From Eledone cirrhosa (lineage: Eukaryota): 64,000 nucleotides of DNA. The notes under the pieces are model-generated. The model worked only from the letters and a program-made list of their open reading frames with translations. It searched no databases and was not told the origin of the DNA. Of the stretch, positions 16,076 to 30,240 are shown piece by piece; within the stretch, counting starts at the first letter, position 1; each line of letters starts with the position of its first letter. The DNA is taken from the NCBI GenBank assembly GCA_964016885.1, contig OZ024744.1:75826001-75890000 (forward strand), given 5' to 3'. The position numbers were made by a program, and so were the translations under genes.

Positions 16076-16109
<34 letters not shown>

Positions 16110-17045
16110 TGACGGTGGATTGACAGTATCGGTAGAGGGTCGGACGCCATGCTTTGTAGCATAGAGTTACGGCCCTTTCCATTCTGAGTTGAAATCCCGC
16201 CGAGGTTAACTTTGCCTTTCATCCTTACAGGGTCAATAAAATAAAGTACCAGTAATGCACTGGGTAATTGCTGGCCTTGTGCCAACAGTAGAAGCAATTA
16301 TTATTATATATTGCGGTGGATTAGCAGTATTGGTAGAGGGTCGGACGCCATGCTTTGAAGCATAGAATTACCTCCCTTTATGATCTGAGTTCAAATCCCG
16401 CCGAGGTTAAATTTGCCTTTCATCCTTACGGGGTCGATAAAATAAAATACCAGTAATGCACTGGGATAATTGCTGGCCTTGTGCCAAAAGTAGAAACAAT
16501 TATATATTATAATAAATGATATTATATTATATAATAAAAACAAAAAATAATGAAAGTTAAAACAATATGTGACATTGGATCACAAGACCTTCGGACCAGC
16601 CTGTACATTACAAACTACGATTATGCAGTAAAACTTCGTTGAAAACATGAAATCAAGTCATGGAAATATGGCGTTCGATAAAAACAGAAATAGATCGAAA
16701 AACATCACGAAATACAAGATTAAAAATTAAAACCCAATAAGATACTGACGCTATGTACATCCCCAGCAAAAACAATAGGTATATATTTTAAGTCATATAT
16801 ACCAGTATTATACATAAACTAAATGACGGTGGGTTGGCAGTATCGGTAGAGCGCCGGGCACCATGCTTTGGAGCATAGTTTATGTCCCTTTACGTTCTGA
16901 GTTGAAATCCCGCCGATGTTATATTTGCCTTTCATCCTTATGGGGGTCGGTAAAATATAGTACCAGTAACGCACTGTGGTAGATTTAATCGATTTCCCCT
17001 TCGCCCTAATTGTTGGTCTTGTACCTAAATCAGAAACTATTATTA
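15488..17045 (+). mobile_element. Cluster of four SINE A copies (15488-15670, 16111-16298, 16312-16501, 16825-17040)
   Basis: Shared core and 3' end. The last copy has TSD tattatacataaact (16806-16820 / 17041-17055); the 16111 copy follows an (ATT)n tract. Confidence 0.88.
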
Positions 17046-17582
17046 TACATAAACTGTATATTTTCAGTAATACATTACATCGTATGTCAATATCGTATAG
17101 GTAAGAAGACCGACCTACGTGGTGAAAAGGCACATCTTACACAAGGTGCCTCTGATAGTCTAGCAGAACAGGACGGATCTAGAGGAGTAAGCCTCGATAA
17201 AAAAAATTCTACTTGTCTCATAGTAAATAGTAGCTCATGCGACGATCATCCGTTTAATTAGGTGACCTCAACCTCGCAAACACCAGTGTCTTCGCAGATG
17301 ATTGACTATTAATTCGACAATGGGTTTGTCACAACTACTCCAGTTAATCAGGAAATCTACGAGTGTAGAAGTGTGGTGAGCTGCATATATTCTAGCCATT
17401 AGAAAAAAAGCAATGCACCTTCAATTGAGGGATGACTCAAGAAGGAACTGGGCACAAACAAAAATAATCAATTTCAAATAAAATCAATTGTCATATTCTT
17501 TCTATAAAGACTTGTTACAAGTTAAGATTAAAACAATTTGAAAGTAGCTCCAACATGTCTGTTAATAAATCAAACAATAGCG

Positions 17583-17950
17583 GTTTCTGATTTAGGTACA
17601 AAACCAACAATTTTGTGAGCAGGAGAAAGCTGATTAAATTGACCCCAGTGCAGTACTGGTACTTTATTTTGTCGACCCCCGTAAGGATGAAAACCAAAGC
17701 TAACATCAGCGGGATTTTAACTCAGAACGTAAAATGACGTAACTACATAATGCAAATCAAATAATGATAATGTTTTTTTATATAGGCACAAGGCGAGCAA
17801 TTTTGGGGGAGAGGAAAGTCGATTAAACCGACCCCAGTGCGTGACTGAAGTTAACCTCGGCGGGATTTGAACTCAGATCATAAAGGGCCGTAACACTATG
17901 CTGCAAAGCATGGCGTCCGACTCTCTATCGATACTGCCAACCCACCATCC
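17583..17950 (-). mobile_element. Two SINE A copies (long 3' variant) within one 14-bp TSD
   Basis: taaatcaaacaata at 17566-17579 and 17953-17966. Confidence 0.85.
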
Positions 17951-19071
17951 TCTAAATCAAACAATAATAATAACAGCTCGCCAACACCATGGATTTTACA
18001 CGGTTTTATTAGAAACAATCACTAAGTATAGGATATTTCAAATGTTATTATTTGTAAGTTATATATAAATATATATTTCGTTTCTGAATTTGTTTAGCAA
18101 GATTCTTTATCTGAAAGCGTGTGTTGAAACCGATATTGTTATGCTTTGGGAGGGTCATGTTGCCAATAAGAAACACACGCACCAGTTGCTTTCACATCAA
18201 TTTATTATAAATTAAATTTATAAATTTAGGAATTTATAAATTTCCGGTTGGTTGTTTGGTTCCACAACCAGATGATTGTTCATATATTGTCAAAGTTCTT
18301 TCGTCACACATTCTGTGACCTCTTCAGTGACTGGGGATTGTTTTCTTTGTTTTTGTGCCTCTCCTTTGTTCTGTCCTACGCCATCAAACAAGATGGGACC
18401 CATGAAACAGGTGGGACCCAATGCAGGACGAGCTGTCCTGAAAAGGGCATGTCTAGTCGCCCCTACAGAGGTACATGCCCCTCCCTGACACCCCAGGCAT
18501 ATACACACGCATACACATACATATGAACATGTGTATATACATATTTACACATTTTTAGATAGCCGTTGACTCCTATGAGTTCTTCCGCCCTTTGTCAGGT
18601 TTTGTTTTTTTTCCTGCAGGGTGTCCAAAATCACCCTCCTCACCAAGTAAACTTGGTGGGGTTGCAAGTTTAGTCGCCGACCATGCGACAGGTTGTACTG
18701 GTTTACATGTTACCAGTAGCATTCAAGAGTGACCTGACATATATATATATATAACTTTGATAGCTTTCGACCAGTACATACAAATGATATAATCGTCCAA
18801 GATTTAAAAAATAAATTTCGCCGTTGCCACTACCATCACTACAATCATCACCACCTCCACCACCACCACCACCACTAACACTAAAACCAACATTACCACT
18901 AACGCTACCACAATCGAACTCTCTGTTCTCTCCACCCCCTCTCTCTCTCTATCTCTCTCACTCACTCACACACTCTATTGCCATATTCTTTTTATTAAGA
19001 CTTGTTACAGCATGGGATTAAAACAAATTTGGCGTTGCCATACACAATTACAAAAGACCCATATGAGTTAG

Positions 19072-19265
19072 GAAGAAGAAGAAGAAGAAGAAGAAGAAGA
19101 AGAAGAAGAAGAAAAAGAAGAAGAAGAAGAAGAAGAAGAAGAAGAAGAAGAAATAAAAATAAAAATAAAAATAAAAAGAAGAAAAAGAAGAAGAAATAAA
19201 AATAAAAAGAAGAAGAAGAAGAAGAAGAAGAAGAAGAAGAAGAAGAAGAAGAAGAAGAAGAAGAA
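19072..19265. repeat. (GAA)n / (AAAAAT)n microsatellite
   Basis: Directly visible. Confidence 0.95.
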
Positions 19266-19951
19266 ATCCAAACAGACTGGAGGAGGTACGATGATTGATA
19301 GTAAACCATAAAAAGGTATCAGAAATATTCGTTTAAAGAATACACAGTAAAATATATAACAAGTAATTGACCTCGCGAAACCGTAAGCTCCCATAAACCG
19401 ATGAAAGCATCACAACAGAATCCGCCACGTATAAAATAGTTAAGCTTTATCCACATAAGAGAAAAAGTAACGCAACACAACAGAAATGATTTCACATACA
19501 GTAAATCAACACTCAAAACACTTTGGCAATACAACAGAGCCTACATACTGTACACGAAAAAAAACAACAACAATATATGCCAAAAAACAATAACAAAATA
19601 ATTTAAATCCCAAAACGTGAAAGAATATCACACAAGACTCTATGGAAACATGCAATCAAATACTTTGTCATAACAAAACTAAACTCTCTGTCTCAAACTT
19701 AACAATAAACAGAATAAAAAGGATACACGATAACAATTTTACTAGACACTAAACATTATGATTGGAAAATACCAAAAGGGAAACCGATTAGTTTATTGAG
19801 AAAATACGAAGAAAACAAACAGAAAATAAAACCATTTCTCCCAGCATGAGAAAGTAGTAAAGTACAAACTGGAATTTTATTATATAGCAAAAGGTTTAGA
19901 TGAGGACAGTACAACAGAAAAGTGATTAGGAATACAAAATTAAACCTCGTT

Positions 19952-20570
19952 TTCTTCTTCTTCGCCCACTTATTCCAGAGGATCCTTTCAGACGCAACAG
20001 TCTCCAACTGATTCGGTTGAAAACTCAATCGAGACCAGCCAAGCTCGTGGATGTTATTCAACCACCTTGCTTGGGGTCTACACCTGGGTCTCCTACCTGT
20101 TGCTTTTGCCCGTAAAATCTGTCCAGCGATTCTTTCCTGAGACATTCTAACCACATGTCCATAGTATCGGAGCTGTGAACTCTCAATTCGGAGAAGTAGT
20201 GGATCTACTTAGAGTGACTCTCTGATCTCTGAGCTGCGCACTTTATCGAGTAACGTTAGTCCAAAGACCATTTCGGCCGCTTGTATGCTTTCGGTTATTA
20301 CCCAAGATTCATGACCATAGCTAAGGGTTGACACGAAAACTAAATTGAAGACAGCGAGTTTGGCTTTTACACCTAACTCACTTTTTCTGATTACTGAATG
20401 CTGAAGCTGGTGCATTATTGCACTAGCTACTGCTATTCTTGCACATAATTAAGTCTCCTGACTACCATCACTCGTGAACACAGCCTTGAGATACTTGAAC
20501 TTCTCCACCTGCTTCAGTGGAACTCCATTAATATGTAGCGTGCACTGTGCAGGCTGCCTTGATAATACTT
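19952..20570 (-). mobile_element. RTE-clade LINE 3' fragment
   Basis: VFVSTLSYGHESW..IQAAEM..TLLDKVRSSEIRESL, then GHVVRMSQERIAGQILRAKATGRRPRCRPQARW; ends in a short (GAA) tail. Confidence 0.85.
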
Positions 20571-20886
20571 AACCACAGAAAAAAAAATGAAAGTAGAACA
20601 CAAAAATAAGAGGCTAATATCAAACGTAGAGACTATGCATTCAAGAGAATGAAACATTCGACCATATATTTTCTCGTTACGCAGTCAGTGCAAAGACAGA
20701 ATATATATATATGCAAGTATGACTGTCTAGGTAGATGTTTGGGTCCATTTGGGAAGTATGCTGACACTTAAGACATAGATGTATTCGAATATACTAATTC
20801 TATATTAATCTGAGACATGTCTGTGTCTATCCAGATTGACAAGAAGATCAACGTGAAAAGCCCAGGTTTTATTATCAATGACAGGA

Positions 20887-20919
<33 letters not shown>

Positions 20920-20951
20920 TGTATGTATGTATGTATGTATGTATGTATGTA

Positions 20952-20982
<31 letters not shown>

Positions 20983-21259
20983 ATGGCTTTGTGCAGTGCC
21001 TTTGCTCACTATAAAAGCTTCACGGCACAGGCATTGCTTTATATCTGGAGATCTCTCTGCACTTGTCGTCACATGGTACCATGGGCCCAGCGCTATGTGT
21101 CAATAATTGTCACAAGTGTAGTGTTTGTACCAGAGTTTTCAAGTCGGTGGATGGACTAAGAAGTCACACTCATTCAGCGCATCGGTAGGGGTTCTCCTAC
21201 ATGGATATAAAGTAGTGGCCGTACTCCAAAACGAGTTGGCAGCCACCATGTATGTATAA

Positions 21260-21580
21260 GGAGCGTGGTTTTGTGGTTAGGGATATTCAGCTTACAATCG
21301 TAAGGTCGCGAGTTCAATTCCCGGTGGTGCGTTGTGTCCTTAAGCAAGACACTTTATTTCACATTGCTGCAGTTCACTCAGCTGGCAAAAATGAGTTGTA
21401 CCTGTAGTTCGAAGGACCAGCCTTGTCACACACTGTCTCACACTGAGTCTCCCTGAGAAGTACGTAAAGAGTACGAGTGTCTGTGGAATGTTCAACCACT
21501 TGCACGTTAATTTCACGAGCAGGCTGTTTCGGTGATCGGATCAACCGAAACACTCATCGTCGTAGCCGACGGAATGCCTC
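21260..21580 (+). mobile_element. SINE family B (tRNA head plus CORE-like gtgtccttaagcaagacacttt segment)
   Basis: A box tggttttgtgg and B box gagttcaattcc; related copies at 23905-24278 (-), 38830-39050, 41759-41980 and 43235-43335. Confidence 0.8.
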
Positions 21581-21585
21581 CATCC

Positions 21586-21625
<40 letters not shown>

Positions 21626-21748
21626 ATGTGTGTGTGTGTGTGTTTGTTTGTTCACAAGAAGTTGATTTGGTAAAACGAAAAATGCTGAATAAACGATTTA
21701 TGTAACTTCAGCATTTTTCTTTGTTATTCTTATATATATATATATATT

Positions 21749-21807
<59 letters not shown>

Positions 21808-22169
21808 GTAAATAATATCGTTATTGCTCCAAACTCTCTACTAATCCTCAGCAAATACCCTAAACCGAATGCAAACTTGTACCCATGACTCCTGCCAAAC
21901 AAACCGCACTCATCTTCCAAATTCGGCAAATCAAGCGCGGAGTATCTATTCTCCCCAAACACGGCTCACGCAACCATATCGCAATAACCACCTCGTGGTC
22001 AAGACAGACGTTATCAAGCCGCAGCTGTTATATTACGTAGTTTCTATTTAATAAAACCAAAGCTATTATTATCTGCAGCAACTACGGCCCCATTATGTAA
22101 CAGGCTCAGCTCAACCTTCTCCAGTAGTCCCTCGAAATTAAACCCTCAAACTATCAACTTAGATGATGT

Positions 22170-22720
22170 GATGCGTAAAAAACCATTTGATGAAAAGCCC
22201 CTGCATTCAGCATTCTTTAAGGAAACAAAAATGTGTGATAACAAAAATACTTGACTGTGGTTATGGAAAGGCTACATTAAGAAAGGAACGGAAAGAATTG
22301 TATTAACAGTGCAAGATCAAACAAAAGAACAAGGTGGGTAATGAAAAAAATAGACAAGAAAGATGTTCAAACTGAATGTAGAATTTATGGGGAGAAACCA
22401 GAGACAGTTGTACATATCGTTTCAGAGTGTAAGCAGTTATTTCAGAATAATTACTAAAAAGGCTGACATGATAAAGTATAATAGCTACCATGTTGCACTG
22501 GAGCGTGTGTAAAAATATGGATTTCCACGAACAGAAAAAAACTATGAACATAGTGTCACAAATGAGATGAGAGTGCTAGAGAACGATAAAGCCGTTATGG
22601 GACTTCCCAATTAAGACCGAGATGAAGAATGAACACAACAATCTAGATATTATAATTGAGAAGAAGGAAAGAAACTGTAGCCTCATAAATGTTGCATATC
22701 CTTTTGACAGCAGAGTTATT
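22170..22720 (+). mobile_element. Degenerate Dong/R4 C-terminal (Zn knuckle/RLE) fragment
   Basis: KPLHSAFFKET..WLWKGYIKKGTE..VQDQ, ETVVHIVSECK and NNLDIIIEKKERNCSLINVAYPFDSRV align by eye to the young Dong ORF. Confidence 0.8.
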
Positions 22721-22848
22721 ATATTTGGGGATGGTCATGTTACCAATATTGCCAATAGAAAGAAACACATGCACCATATAATTTTCACTTCAACTATATT
22801 GTTTATTATTCATTTGTTTATCAATGTTCTTTCTATTAAAGTACAAGA

Positions 22849-23068
22849 GGGCGGTGGTTTGGCAGTATCAGTAGCTGGTCGGACGCCATGCTTTGCAGCA
22901 TAGAGTTACGGCCCTTTATGATCTGAGTTCAAATCCATCCGAAGTTAACCTTGTCATTCATCCTTACAGGGTCGATAAAATAAAGTACCAGTCACGCAAT
23001 GGGGTCGATTTAATCGACTTTCACCTCCCCCCGCAAATTATTGGCCTTGTGCCTGTATAAGAAACCAT
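22849..23068 (+). mobile_element. SINE family A (long variant) with 14-bp TSD
   Basis: tattaaagtacaag at 22834-22847 and 23069-23082. Confidence 0.9.
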
Positions 23069-23344
23069 TATTAAAGTACAAGTATTTTGAAACCGGAATA
23101 CAGATGATGCAATGCATGAATTTTACAACAGTACCAATAAAGACTGCAGCAGTTGGCAACATTAAAAAAAAATATTAATGTAAACATAAAACCCATCGAT
23201 ATCGATTTAATCGACATGATCCCAGACCTCATTCGCTGATCGAGTGCGATGGAACTACTCAGATCGGACCAAGGAGACAAAGTTTCCATTGGTCTTTCCA
23301 ATTGCTGATGCTATCTGCCGGTCGCAACTCCTGGCAGAAATAAT

Positions 23345-23897
23345 TGTTTCTACTTTTTGGCACAAGGCCAGCAATTACCCAGTGCATTACTGATACTTTA
23401 TTTTATCGACCCCGTAAGGATGAAAGGCAAGGTTAACCTCGGCGGGATTTGAACTCAGAATGGCAAGGACCGTAACTCTATGCGTCAAAGCATGGCGTCC
23501 GACCCTCTACCGATACTGCCAATCCATGATTTCTAGTATAGGCACAAAGCCAGTAATTTTGGGGGAGGTGAAAGTCGATTAAATCGATCCCAGTACGTCA
23601 CTGGTGCTTTATTTTATCGACTCAGTAAGGATGAAAGGCAAGGTTAACCTCCGCTGCATTTGAACTCAGACCGTTAAGGACCGTAACTCTCTCCCGCCAG
23701 AAATAATTGCTTCTACTTTTGACACAAGGCCTGCAATTACCCCAGTGCATTTACTGGTACTTTATTTTATCGACCCTGTAAGTATGAACGGCAAAGTTAA
23801 CCTCGGCGGGGTTTGATTTCAGACCGTAAAGAGCCGTAGCTCTATGCTGCAAAGCATTGCGTCCGAACCTCTACCGATACTGCCAATCCACGGCCAT
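23345..23897 (-). mobile_element. Three stacked SINE A copies, apparently inserted into a SINE B
   Basis: cagaaataat occurs at ~23335, ~23698 and ~23897; a SINE B head resumes at ~23905. Confidence 0.85.
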
Positions 23898-23904
23898 CAG
23901 AAAT

Positions 23905-24278
23905 AATGCGAAATAAAGCGTCTTGTTCAAAGACATAACGCATCACCCGGCCCGGGAATCGAACTCATAACCTCATGATTGTGAATCCAATTCTCTAAAC
24001 ACTAAACTATGTGCTTCACATATTACTGACACTTCGTCGGTTACGATAACAAGTGTCCCAGTTGATCCGATCAACGGAACAGCCTACTCATGAAATTAAC
24101 GTGCAAGAGCTGAGGATTCCACAGATACGCGTACCCTTAACGTAGTTCTCGGGGAGATTCAGCGTGACTCAGAATGTGATAAGGCTGGTCATTCGAATTA
24201 CAAGCAATACAACTCATTTTTACCAGCTGAGTGAACTGGAGTAACGTTAAATAAAGTGTCTTGCTCAAGGACCCAACA
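23905..24278 (-). mobile_element. SINE family B fragments
   Basis: Reverse complement of parts of 21260-21580. Confidence 0.8.
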
Positions 24279-24599
24279 TAGGTATAAAGCAAACTCATTA
24301 ATCACACTGCCATAGCTGTGTATATTAATCAGTATTGGATTAGCCTGGCGAGCTGGAATGGCTCTTCCAGCGCGTCTCCCTCACCATTCTCACTACCCTT
24401 TCATTACAATCACACATATGAGAGTGTGTCCTTGAAAGATATACACATATACACACGGTCCGAATACAAATAAATCAATCTCCCACTGTCACTGCCTCCG
24501 TCGGCAATCGAACTCACGACCTTACGATTGTGTATCGAATACCCTAACTACAAAGCCAGGTGCCTTCACATATCACAGCATAAACTTACGCAATAACTA

Positions 24600-24860
24600 A
24601 TCATCACCATCATCCGACAACCTCAGCCGAAATGGACTCAACAATTGATCTCCACGTGGGTCTATGGTTCATTGCCGTTGCCTGCCAAATCCTGGATTTC
24701 AACACCAGAATCTCTGGAGATGACATTGGGGTAGGAGAGCTTGCGCAACCCTGTTATAGTGACTGCTTGTGGTTTCCAAAGCACAACCGATATTCTACAC
24801 AGATCGCTTTGAATTCAATAGTACAACTTTCATTCAATCACCACCGGTGACGTAGTACAT
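24600..24860 (-). mobile_element. Possible old RTE-like 3' fragment
   Basis: WQATAMNHRPTWRSIV resembles the W..A.DR..WR C-terminus of RTE ORFs and is followed by gatgatggtgatga. Confidence 0.3.
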
Positions 24861-25069
24861 TCTCTACATTATCACCACCCAAAACTAGAGTCTATACAAT
24901 CGTCATATGATAGTTAAACACATAAACCCGACATAAACACGAAATACTAAACATGTATGTAAGACACACAGCGAACATCTAGCAAATTAACACAACTTAC
25001 GCTGCAAGAAACAAAATGGAACAAGAGATACTTGGATAGATAGAATTATTTAAATACCCCCCAAGGGAA

Positions 25070-25620
25070 TCTCTCTCATACTCTCTCCCTCTCTTTTTTT
25101 CTTTCTTTCTTTCTCTCTTTCTCTTTCTTTCTCTCCTTCTCTCTCACACACACTTTCTCTCTCCTTCTCTCTCTTTCTCTCACTCTTTCTTTCTTTCTCT
25201 CTCTCTTTCTCTCTCTTTCTTTCTTTCTTCCTTTCTTTCTCTCTCTCTCTCTCTCTCACACACACTCTCTCCTTCTCTCTCTCTCTGTCTCTCTTTATTC
25301 CTCTCTCTTTCTTTCTCCCTCTCTCTTTATTTCTTTCTCTCACTCACTCACTCTCTCTCCTCTCTCCCCCTCTCTTTCTCCGTCCCCCTCTCTCTCTTGC
25401 TTCGAAAAGCAAGAAAATGATGAAAGGTTATAAAGGTGTTAAGAGAAGACAGAAAACATAATGGAGATCGTGATGTCAAAAATATGATGAAAGGCGTGTC
25501 CAGGTAAAGACAAGCCAGAGTTCACTATTGTATAGCAATGAAAAATATGTGCATAGTTAAGTACTGCATAAGAGATGGTGAGAGACGGGGGAAGGTGAGG
25601 AAGGAAGGGAAGAAGATCGA

Positions 25621-25672
<52 letters not shown>

Positions 25673-25819
25673 AAATGTGAGAGAGAAGAGAAGTCGGAGA
25701 CAGAGAGAGAAGGGAGGAAATGGGGGAAGAGAGAGAAGAGGAAAGGGGGTAAGAGAGAGTGAGAGAGGAGGAAGAAAGGGAGGAAGAGAGAGTGAGCGAG
25801 AGAGGAGAAAAGCGAGGAA

Positions 25820-25873
<54 letters not shown>

Positions 25874-25880
25874 ACAAGAA
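25070..25880. repeat. CT/GA-rich, (GAAA)n and (TA)n(GA)n microsatellites
   Basis: Directly visible. Confidence 0.9.
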
Positions 25881-26335
25881 AGAATGTTTTTTTTTTCTGT
25901 TAAAAGAAAAGTACAGGAAGCAATATTGAGCGTCGGAGAAAATATGGAATTTAATAAAGATATATGAAATGGAATCAGAATGGGATGACATTAGGTGGAA
26001 TTGAAAACATAACTTAGAAGAACTCAAATCTAAAGCCAAATGAGAAAATAAAAAGGAGAGTGTAGAGAGTTCGGGCTTTACAGCTTAGATATAAAAATAT
26101 AAATATATGAGTGCTGGTCGAGGTGTGGATTGGGGAGATATACTCTGACTTCTTCAATGACTGGAAACCTATTACATCGCTAACATACAGGAATAAATGT
26201 CAGAAGAAAAAGACATGCAAAATATCTAAGTGTAAAAATGACATTAGATTTGTACGACTTGCAATGGACAAAATAAAAATGGCGATGTAGTTAACAGCTT
26301 GTATTTACTTTTGTTTCCCCTTCTTTTTTTTTATT

Positions 26336-26523
26336 TGGATTGGTAGTATCGGTAAAGCGTCGGACGCCATGCTTTGTAGCATAGAGTTACGCCCTTATTT
26401 GATCTGAGGTCAAATCCCGCCGAGGTTAACTTTGCTTTTCATCCTTACGGCGTCGATAAAATAAAGTGCCAGTAATATACTGGTAGTAATTGCTGGCCTT
26501 GTGCCAAAAATAGAAACAATTAT
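26336..26523 (+). mobile_element. SINE family A
   Basis: Full core and 3' end. Confidence 0.88.
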
Positions 26524-26855
26524 TTCTATAATCAAACAAAATATTTCATTTTTTAATGAAATAAATAGATTTCGATTATACAGAAATAATAATAATAATA
26601 ATAATGCTTTCTTTATTAACCAAAAGGGTTTACATAAAGTAGACATTAAGGACAGTACAGGACAATACAGGACGGTACAAATGGGCATTTCTGCCTGTAA
26701 AAAACAAGAAACAGAGGATGTAATAATAGAACAATGAAAAAGTTCCCCAATAGGGGGGAGACTTCCGAGGGACATTTGTGGAGAAAGCCCATTTAAAGGC
26801 CACAGTGACCCTGACCACCAGGGCAAGTGCCCTCTCCCAGTTTTCCACCTTTAAT

Positions 26856-29800
26856 TTACAGACACATGCTCTGAGTAGGCCCATTCACTCGGACCATACT
26901 TGCTTCTCTCACCCATCTTTCAAAAAAATGCTGGGAAGAGAGCACTTCGCTCTCTACCCTGATTTTCATTTTCAAATGAAATTTGAAAAAGTTAATCAGG
27001 GCATCACCGAAGAGGTAAGTGCTCGTCTTCTGCCCTTTCAAATGTGTCCACCATACTATCTCTTTCGCCATGGCCACCAGACAGACAAAAACTGCCTGCC
27101 CTTCCTGGCTAAAGGAAGAGGGCAATCCTTACGATGGACTCAGCTGATAGCTGGATCCGTCCTACATGTGACAGCAGGTGTTCGACATAAACCCACAAGT
27201 CAGCAATGCTCGGACACTGGACGAATACGTGCAGGACGGTTTCGTCGCCCTGAGCGCATCTCGGACATTCCCGGCTGACGGCACCTTCATGCCTGTAGAG
27301 TTTATCCCGAACTGGCAAAGATCCCCGTTAGCACTGCCAGGCCAGGGATTTCTGGAAGTTCTACATAGGCCCCGGCCCGAAAGACCTTCCGAAGAGATTG
27401 GCTAGTTGATTTTCGTCGACGCCTAGAGTTTCTCCAAGTACGTCGGCGCTCTTCCCCTCCACTAATCCTGTATAGAACGCCAAAGTGGAGTTTCCACCGA
27501 TCACATTGCCCGATTGGTCGAGGGCTGTGAGCGCCTGAAGACATTCCAGTCTCCAAGCGCTCCCTCTCGGTCTTCGCTTGACCCAGGACTGCAGCTCCGT
27601 CAAGGAGACGAGCGGGGGAAAGACGCGTCTAGCAAACGGCGACCACACCTGATCACCGTCAAGGAAGAGGTGGAGATGTCGTAGCCTGAGCGCGTGTCTG
27701 CGCATCATCAGCCACAGTCATGCCCAGCCCTGCACGTAGCGGGTGTTGACAGCAGATAGACCGCCTGACCGTCGGAGCGCGTCCGTTCCACTAAAAGCGA
27801 AAGAGCAAACGCTCCAGAGCAGTCAGGGCAAGGTACGACGGTCAGGCGGTAGTAGATGACGGACGCGATGTACGCGTTAGCCACCTCCGCTCGACCTTTA
27901 AGGGATAGCTTCCTCTCCGCCCATTTCTGGGTGAGAGAAGCCACCCTGCTCGTCACCTCGTCCCAGTTTTTATCCGTCTGGAGGTCCGGACCGGACCAGA
28001 CCCCTAGCAATTTAACATGTCCGCCCGTCCAGCGCCCGACGACGCTGTTGGACTGCATGGACCTGCCTCTCCAGGTGCCGAGCTGCAGGCCCACTGACTT
28101 TTCCTGGTTGATCATTGCTCCTGTCACCGCTTCGTAGTCTCTTAGTGTAGTGCCGATCGCCTCGATGTGTTTGGCGGTCGACACCACTATCGTGACATCG
28201 TCCGCATATGCTGACACAGATCTTTCGCATCCTAGTTCGCGTGCGACCATCATTAACGTCTCCAGTTTGTGCAGTAATGGCTCGAGAGTCAATACGTACA
28301 AGAGGGACGAGAGGGGACATCCTTGGCGTACCGAGCGCATGATGTTGAACGGTTCCGAAAGGTGACCGTTCACTCTTACCACAGAGCAGATGTCGCTGTG
28401 CATGGCAGCGATCCAGCCTCTGAAGACGGGCCCAAAGCCAGCCGCCCTCAGGACTGCTGCTAGGTAACGATGGTTGACCCTATCGAAAGTTTTCGACTGA
28501 TCTAAATTGATCAAGGACCCACCCGTGCCAGATTCCCTAGCTACCCTCTCTACGATGTATCGCATGAGGTGGTGGTTGTCGTGGATGGATCTGTCGGGAA
28601 TGGCGCATGTCTGTGCCTCTCCCACCAGACCACCAACGACAAGCGCCAACCTCTTTGCTAGCACCTTAGCCAAAATCTTGAACTCTGTGTTTAGCAGAGT
28701 TATGGGCCTGAAATTATCTATGTTATCCCCCTTGTTCGGATCCTTTCTCAGCAGTGCCACAGCTCCTCGACTCACAGAGCTGGGAATTCTCCCGTTCTGT
28801 TGCCAGTTGCAGTAGACGTCCGTCAAGAGGCCTCCGAACAAGTCTGGCATTTGTACGTAAAGTTCATAGGGCAGACCATCCAAACCAGGCGATTTACCCC
28901 TTGTGCAGCCAGTCATTGCCTCCCGTACTTCAGCGGCAGTTATCGGCTTTTCGCAACACTTCGCCTCAGTGGCCGAGAGACGCGGCAGTCTGTCGAGGTA
29001 GACACTAAAGTCCATCACTCGATCCGGTCGGCTGCTGCCCCCGAACAGCTGTGCGAAGTGTCGCTGGAAAGCTTCACACATTTGCCCGGGATCGAGTAGC
29101 ATGCGCCCGTCGTGGTCCACCAAAGAGCGGATCGTGGCTTTGTTGCCATGACGCGCCTCTGCCACTCGGGCCCATTGAACGGCTTTCGTCCCCTCGTGTC
29201 TGAGAGCACGCACCCTAGCTCTGACAACGCAGCCTTCGTGCTTTGCATTGAAGAATTGGTCAAGGGCCTATTTCGCCGCAAGTACGTCGGTCGCGATGCC
29301 TTTGCTAAGCGCCTTGTCTAATTTTCTAACTAATTCTCCCTCTGCTCTATTTTTCTCTATTGTTAAAGCCTTACTAAACATAATGGACTCTATTCTAATC
29401 GCTCTTTTCAGAGCAAACCACCACTTGTTGTTGACGATGGCCCCCGTCAACGCCCGCTTAACTAGTTCGCTAATCCGGTCTCTGTAGGCCTTGCGCGCTG
29501 GTAAAGACGCGTTTAGCTTCCAGTAGCCGGGTCCTCGTCTATGAAGCCTATCTTAGTCAAGCACACGGATCACGAGTTTGTGGTCCGTGTAGCTGACTAT
29601 CTTGAATTGTGGACAGCCTATGCTTGACCTATCTATTTCCCTACAAAATACTCTATCTAGATATGATCTGGATGACACTATGCGATTTGTCCAAGTCGCC
29701 TGAGCAGGTTGGTGAGGCTCTTGCACCCTCCACCCCTATCCGCTAATCCCACACAGTCCCAGCGTGCATCTAAGATCCCGTTCCAGTCGCCCACTATCAC

Positions 29801-30208
29801 TAAAGAGCGGGACGTTCCAAGAAAGGTCTCCAGACGCCGGAAGAAATCAGGCCGCCCTGCTCTTGTCGGGGCATAGACGGCCACTAGCCTGAAAACTTGC
29901 CCGTTTCAGCTGGTCACGTCCAGCACCACCAACTTACCTTCTGGGTCCAGGGAGATGGTCCGTATCGCGAGATCCAAGCCTCTCCGAAAAAGGACGGCAA
30001 CCCCTCCCCCTGATCCTGGACGGCTGGGAGATGCGTATACATCGTAGCCGCCGAAGATCGGTGCGAAGGCTTGCGCTTCGGAGATTCTGGTTTCACTGAT
30101 GGCCACCACATCTATGTTTAGTGATCTGAGGTCGTTGAGCAGGTGACCCTGCTGCCAAGATGACCCCAGACCACGTGCATTTATACTGCCTATTCTGAGT
30201 ACGGCCAT
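26856..30208 (-). pseudogene. Tx1 ORF2 (APE endonuclease, reverse transcriptase, C-terminal Zn finger), disrupted
   Basis: GSINARG..SETR, GDWN, KSPGLDG, NFRPITLL, RQGCPLS, YADD and CPRC..ETVLHVFVQC. TGA at 29906, a deletion near 29697 and frameshifts. Confidence 0.93.
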
Positions 30209-30240
30209 GTTGGATGAGAAACGGGGCAAGTGAGAAAGGG

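Noticed and set aside
24282-24341. 60-bp inverted match to 36538-36599
   Set aside because: Most likely two fragments of a dispersed repeat (SINE-like head); too far apart and short to imply a structure.
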